Below the pieces are notes generated by a model. The model had not been told where the DNA came from, made no database searches, and saw only the letters and a program-made list of their open reading frames with translations. A program made the translations under genes and the position numbers. A DNA stretch of 64,000 bases, taken from the NCBI GenBank assembly GCA_024346625.1, contig AP024664.1, forward strand, positions 1,178,001 to 1,242,000, in the 5' to 3' direction. This document shows, one piece after another, positions 33,972-42,943 of this stretch (the first letter of the stretch is position 1; each line of letters begins with the position of its first letter). The stretch is from Williopsis jadinii (Eukaryota).

Positions 33972-36509
33972 TTAAGAAGTCAATGCTGATTGACATCTCT
34001 TCAACAAAGCACATGTAGGATCCAAAAGCTTTAAAAACCTCAACATTTCGAATGAGGTTTCCCATAGTTCATCGTCATCCTGTGCATTATCGTAGATGAG
34101 CTTCATTATACTGATCAAGCTCTCTTCTTCAATACTCATAACAGCATTCGCAGTGTCGTAGTTCAGAAAAATAACCACAAGGATCCCGAGAGTTCTCCAT
34201 TCTTTCATTGTAATGGCCTTCTGGACCAATTCCGATGGCGTGACCCCCAGAGATTTTAGTAATCGATCCCAGTACTGTGTCTCAATCTTTCTAAGACACT
34301 TCGAGACAACGTTCAGTTCATAGAGAGGGTTTACCTGGATTAGTTTTATGATGTTCGTTAGGTCTTCATCATTTGTGACGGTTTGGTAGAGAAGTAACTC
34401 CATAGCAAATGGGAAGTTTTTGAAAGAACAGTACTTCTGGTAAATCTCTTCAGCGTTAGAATTGGTCAGTTCGAAACGAATCATGTCTTGCAGGAAGATT
34501 GAGTTGTTTGTTGTTATAGTATTCAACTCAATGTTCTTTCTCTTGGTAAGGATGTTCTCTAAAGTGACGAACAAACCTCTTTTCAAAATCAACAGTAATG
34601 GATAAGCTTGTGGCTTTAGCTTTAGCACAGTATTCGACGGATCTCTAGTCTTAATTAGCTCCGTCAAATTCTTCACCAGGAAAATGTGCTCACCGTTAAA
34701 CATGTAGTACTCTTCATCATTGAGCTTGTAAACGTACTCAATAGTGTCGAACAGGAGATGCTGACGGTATCCAGAGTCGTGCTCTCGGAAAAGAATAAGC
34801 TCACCATTATTGAGAACCAATATGTCATGGTTGCGAACATCTTTGCTGATCTTGATGACAGACCTGAGGTTCTTTGGAGACTTCAGAAGTGTACTGTGAT
34901 TCATCACTTTTAATAGATCAATTTTCAACCCAGTTAGTGAGATTCCAACATGGATATGGTAGAACTTGCCATTATCTGTGTAAACAACAATATCGTTATC
35001 TGTGACATTGATCAGTTGAATGTCACTTGGTAAGTCGTACCTGAACACAACGTATTCGGAAGCGAATCGTTCATGGCTCTTGAATTTTCTCAAGTCAAAT
35101 ATCACAAGCTCAGAGTGATCTGCCAGTTTGATACCCAAGATTAAAAGATTCAATTTGCCAAACCAAGTAAGATGGCATATCGTTAAATCGTTGAAATAAT
35201 CATTCTGGTAAAAGCTCCAGTCTCTATCCCTGTATGAATACAATAAGAGTGCCTTCGAGTTTGCAACTGCGAGATATTTCCCATCTGACGATACTGAGGT
35301 ATGTTTGATATTTGGCAACTGGTGCGATTGCTCAAATGGTATCTTCAATATATGCCAATTAATCGCCTTTGAAGATGCCACTGCCATCTCATGACCTGTG
35401 TAAACGTGTAACTCAGAACCCACAACCAAGACAGGTTTATCCAAGTCGTGGTTGATTTGAGCTGATAATGATGTGGACCGCAGGAGTCGTTGGCTGAAGA
35501 ACTTTTCACCATCTGAACTGAATAGCTCGGTTCCATCTGCTGATATCGTGATCGTTTTCACCGCTGTGAGCCATGGTGATGAATAATCATGATCACTGCT
35601 ATCGAACAACTTGCACCCGAATGTTGACAACAATGACCATGTTTCCTTGGTTGATAAAATTAGGAGAAAATCACCATCATTTACCCATTGTAGAGACTTG
35701 ATGTCTTTGAAGGGTAGGACTTTTATTATTTCATGCAATTCATAGTTGTAATACACGAGGGAGTCATTGGAGACAAACGTTATCAGCGAGAAGTTCTCAT
35801 TAATTGCACAATCAGTGACATTTTCCACTTTAAGTGTTTCCATCGGAACAAACGTTCGGCCTGATCTCTTGATGAGCTGTACAGAACCATCATCTTTGAA
35901 AGCCAGCAAGTCCTCGTTCAAGGTGGAAACTTTTCTCACCACGCCTTCAATGCTTAGTGTAACAGGCTCATCGCTTTCCAAGTTTATGAGTTGGACGTTG
36001 TCATCAGTAACAAGTACAACTTCGTACTTGTCCAACATCACAACGTCCCTGACTCCATGGGCCACTTTCAGCAGCACTTTAAATCTCACAGTGGCTTTAT
36101 GAATGGGCAAGTCAAGTGGATTCGTATTGAAAAATGAGAGCTGCTTCTCCAATACCAGCCCATTTTGTAATAAAGTGCTTGAGCTGTTGTAGACGCTGAA
36201 CACCTCATCGTAGCCCATATCGGTACCATTATTGCCCATTATGGAGTAGATCAGCAGGAACGATTTCGACGTGATCACCGAGATCAGTTTACCGGTCTTG
36301 TTAATCTTCACCTTGACGTTGAACCCACGAACTTCGACAGAAGCAGCTGATCTCACATGTTTACAAAGTGGACTCTTGTGTACCGGGTCCAATAAGTGGA
36401 GAGAATCATCAGTAAGAACAACGATTGGTGCTTCACTACCATTTGTCGCAACAATATCCACGATGCCAGCTATAGGAATTGAGCTGGGAACCAAGTAGGG
36501 GAAAGACAT
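33972..36509 (-). CDS. RIC1: Ric1 subunit of the Ypt6 GEF
   Basis: Beta-propeller N-terminus, S.DGKYLAVA, YPLLL..KRGL, FPFAMELLL, CLRKIETQYW. Confidence 0.8.
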   Translation of the reverse strand: MSFPYLVPSSIPIAGIVDIVATNGSEAPIVVLTDDSLHLLDPVHKSPLCKHVRSAASVEVRGFNVKVKINKTGKLISVITSKSFLLIYSIMGNNGTDMGYDEVFSVYNSSSTLLQNGLVLEKQLSFFNTNPLDLPIHKATVRFKVLLKVAHGVRDVVMLDKYEVVLVTDDNVQLINLESDEPVTLSIEGVVRKVSTLNEDLLAFKDDGSVQLIKRSGRTFVPMETLKVENVTDCAINENFSLITFVSNDSLVYYNYELHEIIKVLPFKDIKSLQWVNDGDFLLILSTKETWSLLSTFGCKLFDSSDHDYSSPWLTAVKTITISADGTELFSSDGEKFFSQRLLRSTSLSAQINHDLDKPVLVVGSELHVYTGHEMAVASSKAINWHILKIPFEQSHQLPNIKHTSVSSDGKYLAVANSKALLLYSYRDRDWSFYQNDYFNDLTICHLTWFGKLNLLILGIKLADHSELVIFDLRKFKSHERFASEYVVFRYDLPSDIQLINVTDNDIVVYTDNGKFYHIHVGISLTGLKIDLLKVMNHSTLLKSPKNLRSVIKISKDVRNHDILVLNNGELILFREHDSGYRQHLLFDTIEYVYKLNDEEYYMFNGEHIFLVKNLTELIKTRDPSNTVLKLKPQAYPLLLILKRGLFVTLENILTKRKNIELNTITTNNSIFLQDMIRFELTNSNAEEIYQKYCSFKNFPFAMELLLYQTVTNDEDLTNIIKLIQVNPLYELNVVSKCLRKIETQYWDRLLKSLGVTPSELVQKAITMKEWRTLGILVVIFLNYDTANAVMSIEEESLISIMKLIYDNAQDDDELWETSFEMLRFLKLLDPTCALLKRCQSALTS

Positions 36510-36754
36510 CGTTAATATTCTGCTGGCGCTCGGATATTTATGGTGGTGGTGGTGTTGGTGTTGTTGTTGGAGTACAATGGAAATGTTCCCGCTAAACTCC
36601 GTTCAACACCGGTAAAAATATACAGCCCACTTACAACAATATACCAGCTACAAAAGGACATATAAAATCAAACACGTCTCATATTCTCTTATCAAAGAAG
36701 AAGATACATATGCACAGATAGAAAGGGACCGTCTCCGGTCTTTCCAGTAGTGGT

Positions 36755-37498
36755 TTAATGGGTACCTCTTGAAACGGTCTCCAAGATTGTGTCGTAAGAG
36801 ACTTCAGAGAAGTCGGTACCTTGGATATCAGCCGCAATACCGTTAAGGGATCTTCTCAATGCATCCTTAGAGGAAGCGTAAACCATCTTTGACTTGATTG
36901 GAGCAGTATCTGGAGACCAAGCGTAGAAGACAATCTTGGATCTCTTACCTTCACCTGGCAATTCGTACTCGAAATCGTAAATGGCGTAGAGAGCATCGTT
37001 CTCTGGCAACTTTGCGAGGAAGTCGTCATAGTCAGCAGAGTCGGAAGCCTCCTTGACAACAATCTCGGTCTTGCTTGGGTTCAACTCGTAGAGGATGAAT
37101 TTGTACTTCTTACCCAACTTCAAATCGTTGAAAGCCTTAAGGGCCTCGTCAGAGGCAACAACACTATCACCTGTTAGTACACACATTACTCAGACAACAA
37201 CACTCAAGCATTGACTCACCCTGATCTTGACTACACTCAATTGTTAGTAACGCTCCAAGTTATAGATATACAGTAAGCAACCTGATACACTGTAGATGGC
37301 AATGGCGCGCGCTCACAAGGGAGGAATACGTTTCAGTAGCGTATGAATGTGCTGTCATTAACACCACCGTTATATCCCTGACCGGTAATCTTCTCCAATT
37401 GAGCAGCTCGTCCAACGACGAAACCAACATAGCACACCACGTTACATTCATCCACAGTCAGCATCTCAACTTCCCTAACTCTGGTTTAAACATACCAT
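36755..37498 (-). CDS. COF1: Cofilin; exons 37498-37496, 37230-37220, 37163-36755 (140 aa)
   Basis: ATG|GTATGT..TACTAAC..TAG|TCAAGATCAGG|GTGAGT..TACTAAC..TAG gives [29 protein letters not shown]. Confidence 0.93.
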
Positions 37499-37750
37499 TT
37501 TTGTATATGCTTTTTGCTATGTTTGTTATTACTTTGAACTTGTTGTTGTGCCGGTTTTTGTGCAATGTTTTTGTTTTGGACGTCGCTTTTGCCCACACAC
37601 ACCCCTTATTGATGACTCAGCGCTTAGGTAAGCACAACAGCTGGTCAGGGTAACACAATAGGCCCTAAAGGGTTTGTTTACATATTTCGCTGTTCATGGC
37701 ACAGTGGCTATCACCTTCTCACGCTTTGGTGAAGCACAGAATACCGGTAG

Positions 37751-38218
37751 ATGGAATCGTTAGAGAGACGTGTGCAGAGATTAGAGCGATACGTAGACCT
37801 GAGTCATGGCTCAATGTCGGCTTGTGAAGGTGTTGCCACTGTGAGGAGAGAACTCAGTAGGGTAGTACGGTCTAATGAGCACCTTTCCAAGCTGTTTCAG
37901 AATCTATGCAACTCCAGCATCAACTTCCATCTGGATAAATTCATGGTGCTATCTGGCGAGGAGTTGGAGATACAAAGACAAGCTGTGTATGCCAATCTGG
38001 ACCAGCTGACGAGGGTTTTACAATCACTGCAAAAGCTGGAATCCACTCTGAACACGAACACTCTACATGTAGATACGTCAATAACCCAAACCATTGGGAA
38101 GATTCAAGATCAATACACATTCTTACACGGTCTGGAGCTGAAGTATAACCGGCTGTTAATAAGGTCCATTGCATTGCTCAGGAATATATCACAGAACGAT
38201 TCGCTCAATACTATATAG
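37751..38218 (+). CDS. LDB18: Coiled-coil protein, probable dynactin p24 subunit
   Basis: 155-aa helical ORF (LERRVQRLE..; YNRLLIRS) divergent from COF1, as LDB18 is in S. cerevisiae. Confidence 0.5.
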   Translation: MESLERRVQRLERYVDLSHGSMSACEGVATVRRELSRVVRSNEHLSKLFQNLCNSSINFHLDKFMVLSGEELEIQRQAVYANLDQLTRVLQSLQKLESTLNTNTLHVDTSITQTIGKIQDQYTFLHGLELKYNRLLIRSIALLRNISQNDSLNTI

Positions 38219-38284
38219 TCAGACGTTAGTGAATATGGAAGCCATTTCATAGCACAGCGCCACTCCAGGGAAGTTGTAGTTCAT

Positions 38285-39710
38285 TTATCCTTTAGCACCA
38301 CTGTATATAACATTAGAGAGGAACTTGCTCGTTGGTGTTTTTTCGTATGCCTCTATACTTTCCTTCTGAGCGTGATAGTGTAAGCAATACTCGTTCAGTG
38401 TGATGGTGAACTCGCCAATTCCCTTGGAATCATCAATGTGAAGAGCATTATCAACTTCATCTAACAGTTGGGTTTCCCTTGTATCATATAATGAGCCTAA
38501 CACTTGAAGTGTCTTCCACCATAGAGCCTCACCATTGATCAGTTCAACATGGTTTTAATCCTGCAAAGCATTGCTCAAAAGCTTCAAGACGAGTTCTGCC
38601 TCCTTCAAATCATCTTCACAGACGTAGTTCCTTCTCAATAAGACACATCGAAGTAGGGCCACATGCGATGTGTGCATTTGGGCATATCTTAGACTGAGAA
38701 GCAGAAAGTGTCTGAGCCATAGCACCTAGGGAAAGTGAACCAAGTTTACACCTTTTCTGTAATCTTCGTACTGGAGAAACGATCGTAGATGTCTCCAATG
38801 TACTGAAAGCATGAGATTCAAGTATATGAACTCCCAATGAATATCCTATCAATGACTTCATTGTGTTCTTCTCAAGCAGTTTTGTAAAGACACATGGACT
38901 CACAATAATTATAGGCAAAGCACGTACAAAGATATCAGTGGATACCTTGGAAAGCTCGGTTATGGAACATTATTGTTCTTTGCAAGTGAAATGGCCTGGT
39001 GGAGCATTTGAAATTGAATCATTTTGGAAGAACTTTCTATGCTCAGGTATATGATTTGGTATTACAGCTTCAAGATTGGTATAATGGGTAAGCCTCTCTC
39101 TAAGTCGTATTGATGCGATACAGTTTTGCCCAGTAGGTGCGATAGTCTCACATTGAACTTAGTAGCACCAATGGCATGGATACTAGCCGGTACTGTTAGT
39201 GGCGTAACATCCATAGTATAACTATGTCCTTCAACATTAACCTTGGAACGTGTAGTAGGAACATTATCACTGTAAGTGTTTTCAATCAATGACCCTTGTG
39301 GCTCAAGCATCTTCAGTTGCATATTGGAACTAAATCATGGACTGCGTTTATAAGATCCAATCTTCCTCAGCAACTTCAATGCTTGCTTACTGGAGTTGTA
39401 ATAGACACCATGTGCAAGTCCATCCTTGAAGAGCGTTTTCACCTCAGGGAAAGTACTGGCACATCTTGAACTCGAATCATCCCTAACAAGATCATCTTAC
39501 TGTTCTTCACTCGACTGCACAACTGTAAAAGATCTTCAGAGTCTCTCAAGCTGAAACTTTTGGGATCATTGTCTGTGAGTATCACCAATGGTGTAAGCGA
39601 TGAAGTACTATTGTGAACCTTCAAGTTAGTGGCATTGTCTCAGACAACAGAATAGAGAGTTAAACCTATGCTCAGATGTTCAAACCTCTGAAGAATGGTT
39701 GTCAGCAATG
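38285..39710 (-). pseudogene. Probable decayed ORF of unknown family
   Basis: Chain of minus-strand protein-like frames broken by isolated stops and frameshifts, e.g. EDDLKEAELVLKLLSNALQD*NHVELINGEALWWKTLQVLG. Confidence 0.4.
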
Positions 39711-39870
39711 CTTTGTTTCCAGGCTGTCGAAACAACATCAGTCTGTCCACCCACTGCTTTGTTCGCTATACGTGTGGAGCCTGTACGCTTGGAGAACTTT
39801 TTTTTTCACTTCATCATCTCCGAGCTCTTGACACATTCACAAGACATAACTCATAAGCTGGTAAAAGAAC

Positions 39871-41049
39871 ATGTTCAGGGCTTTACGACGCTTACATACT
39901 CTTCCGAGGCTCAGATCACCAGATGTGTACACCCAGTTAACGCCTGATCCAAATGATTTGATAATTGTTGCGATGTCGTCGGGAGTTGATTCTTCCGTGG
40001 CAGCAGCGATGTATTCACGGCAGTTTGTCAACGTTGAAGGCATATTCATGGCCAATTGGAACCAGCTTGACTCCGAGCGATGCTTAGAGGAGGATTGGAA
40101 AGATGTTCAAAAGGTTTCTGACAAGCTGGACATATCGGTTACACAGGTTTCGTTCGAAAAAGACTACTGGTTGGACGTCTTTGAACCCATGATTGACGGC
40201 TACGAACGAGGCATTACACCGAATCCAGATATCAACTGTAACAGGTATGTGAAATTCGGCAGGCTCATTGACTACGTTTCAAAGAGGTACAGTGGGAAAC
40301 GCTGGTGGCTAGTAACGGGCCATTATTCGAGAATCATGCAACATGAGAATGGAGAGATGCATCTCTTGAGATCATACTACAAGAAGAAGGATCAAAGCTA
40401 TTACCTTTCACAGATTAACCCCACGGTGATGAACCGTGTATTGTTCCCCATAGGACACTACACCAAACCAGAAGTTCGTCAAATGGCTCGTGATTGGGAT
40501 TTACCCGTCGCTGAGAAGCCGGACTCCACTGGGCTATGCTTTGTCAATCCATCACAACACAACTTCCACGATTTCTTGAAGAGTTTTATCAATGAAACAC
40601 CAGGTAATATCGTTACAGAGGATGGCAAAGTATGGGGTAAACATGATGGTCTGTGGTCCTTCACCATTGGTCAAAAGTGCGGTATTTCAATGCCTCAAGG
40701 TGATCCAAAGTATAAAGGCACTTGGTTTGTCAGTGATAAGAACTTTGAAACAAACGAAATCGTTATAGTGAAAGGAGGTTATAATGCAAAGCTTTACAAG
40801 AGTGTGATATATGTCAACGAATTCCTGCCACTTGGGAGAGTTGACATCACTCAGATACCTGTGCAAGAACTAACAGTCCAATATAGATCGTTGCAAGACC
40901 CCAATGCGTTGGATTCAATACAAAACAAAGACGGGAAATTCATATTTAAACTGAAGGAGAAGAGAAGAGCTATTGCTAGAGGTCAGTATCTCGCCGTTTA
41001 CCACGGTGAGAGGTGTCTAGGTTCAGGTGTCATTGAATTCGTTGAATAG
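39871..41049 (+). CDS. SLM3: Mitochondrial tRNA 2-thiouridylase (MnmA family)
   Basis: AMSSGVDSS, TPNPDINCN, TGHY, KDQSYYL, DSTGLCF; N-terminal presequence. Confidence 0.93.
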   Translation: MFRALRRLHTLPRLRSPDVYTQLTPDPNDLIIVAMSSGVDSSVAAAMYSRQFVNVEGIFMANWNQLDSERCLEEDWKDVQKVSDKLDISVTQVSFEKDYWLDVFEPMIDGYERGITPNPDINCNRYVKFGRLIDYVSKRYSGKRWWLVTGHYSRIMQHENGEMHLLRSYYKKKDQSYYLSQINPTVMNRVLFPIGHYTKPEVRQMARDWDLPVAEKPDSTGLCFVNPSQHNFHDFLKSFINETPGNIVTEDGKVWGKHDGLWSFTIGQKCGISMPQGDPKYKGTWFVSDKNFETNEIVIVKGGYNAKLYKSVIYVNEFLPLGRVDITQIPVQELTVQYRSLQDPNALDSIQNKDGKFIFKLKEKRRAIARGQYLAVYHGERCLGSGVIEFVE

Positions 41050-41151
41050 GACAACATGTGCTGTATATAGGTGGAAAAAAAAGACATTCATTAGAAGCAT
41101 GGTAGCTATTATCCTATTAGTACACGAATAGTATTCATGATTTATCGTTTC

Positions 41152-41518
41152 TCATCTTTTCGTTATCAACTCTCGTAACCTTCGTTCATTAAAGATCTCT
41201 CTTTCCCTTTTAAAGACGATTAGGAAATGTTCAAAAAGTTTAGCACTTTCTGGATACTTATCGCGGTTATAATCCAGAAATTCACCTCCATACTTTGTGA
41301 AGAACAATTCAAAGTCACCATCTGATAGTGTGGAGGTTTGCTGGGAATTCAATGCATCTTGTAATTGTAATTGTTGTTGTTGGAGTTGCTGCATCAGCAT
41401 TTGTAACTGTTGAATCTGAGGTTGTGAGTCGCGTTGAGATCCCCGTTGTTGCGTACTTTCTTGTGGCTCTCCAAGCCGTTGTATTTGCTGCTGCTGTTGT
41501 TGTTGTTGCTGCTGTTGA

Positions 41519-41550
<32 letters not shown>

Positions 41551-42390
41551 ATGCTGTTGTTGCTGCTGCTGCTGCTGCTGTTCAATCAATCTATTCCGTG
41601 GGGCAAGTATTGGAGGTATAACGTCTTGCTGAAGAGGACTCGCCTGTGAAACCTGCTGTGGTGGTACTCTAACATTCAACTGTTGTTGGAGAAAGTTACT
41701 CTGGTTCGTTATTAGCGTTTCGTAGTTCTGTAGATTCATGTACTCCTCGTTGTACTCTTCAAGGCCAAACCCACCAACTTCACCATTCTGAGTGAGCTGA
41801 AGCCGTCTATTCTGATCTTGTTGAGGCTGCTCTCTTTGCAATGGCTCTGGAGGCTGGAGCTGTATTCTTGAGGCACCCAAAGTTGGTGGTATCGAAGGAT
41901 TCAGCTTCGGCACTTCTCTATTCCTTTCACGGCTCTGTTTATCGATTCCGTGCCTCTTCTTGAACTGGGTCAACCACCCATGAGAGAAACTCTGCAGTCG
42001 CTTTGGATTATCAACACCATACTTCTGAGCCAGCCGGCACCAGTGCTTCCTCAGAAACGGCTCGTTAACCAGCTCGCCTTCTTTCAACCTCTCCTGCACG
42101 ATGAGATCCATCTCATGGTTGATCTCCTCGTACTTGAACTTGAGCTTTCTCTTGCTCTTCCTATGTGCGCCATTAGAACGGTTGTACAGCTCGCGTAACG
42201 ACGCCTCATTCTTCACCCACTCGCTAAAGCTCGACGTCGATATCGAGATCTTATCCCTGAAGTGCTTCACGATGTCCGCCTGCGACGTCTTCACCTCATC
42301 GTCTTTGGCACGTCGCTCACGGTAATAATCCAGCGCAGCAATCTTCTGTTCAAGTGTCGCCCTGGGCAGTTTGTTCTTCCCCGATGACAT
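41152..42390 (-). CDS. CENP-B/Tc5-type HTH DNA-binding protein with polyQ, no DDE domain
   Basis: TLEQKI..SQADIVKHF..STSSFSEWVK and FSHGWLTQFKKRHGI; Q-rich middle region. Confidence 0.7.
41485..41580 (-). repeat. CAG/CAA polyglutamine tract (about 32 codons, two His interruptions)
   Basis: Directly visible tgc/tgt triplet run. Confidence 0.95.
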
Positions 42391-42559
42391 TGGCACCTAT
42401 TCCAACAACGTGTTGACTTTACTCCTGCGACTGGAATCACTCAAATACAACAACAACACTCCTTTAATATGTGAAATCGATGAGCAAGTGATCCCAATGT
42501 TATGTACTGTAAGCTCGAAAAAAGAACCGTTTCGTGATGTCCGCCGTACCTCTCACGCT

Positions 42560-42629
42560 CCCTCTGCCTGGCCCTCTGCCTGGGCCTCTGCCTGGTCCTC
42601 TGCCTGGGCCTCTGCCTGGCTCTGCCTAG
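42560..42629. repeat. 12-bp minisatellite NCCTCTGCCTGG, 5 copies plus a partial
   Basis: Directly visible; lies 170-240 bp upstream of the CENP-B-like gene. Confidence 0.9.
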
Positions 42630-42943
42630 CTCTGTTTACTTTTTCAGGGCGCGCCTTTCTCGTGCGCTATCTGTGCCTCGCTGCACACTACGAGATTTTG
42701 CCTGTTTCCTCCCAGCTCTCCGTCACATGATGCAACAACAACAACAACGACAACACGCACGCTGGCGAGAAACTGAGCCTACGTGCTTGGGTGCTGGAGC
42801 TTTGTAGGCATTCCATGTTGTCTGATGCTACGCGGCCCGTGCTGTCCCCTTCGGGCGGAGCAGGAGCAGAAAGGCAGTTTAATTTTGAAGGGAAGCCCTT
42901 TGGTGTATTATAAAATGTAGACGATTGTTAGAATTGAAAAGTG

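Noticed and set aside
41152..42390. Active pogo transposon
   Set aside because: No DDE domain and no terminal inverted repeats seen.
42560..42629. CRISPR-like array
   Set aside because: Eukaryotic DNA, 1-bp spacers, no cas genes.
42371..42730. ORF with SAW repeats
   Set aside because: Translation of the 12-bp minisatellite; non-ATG start.
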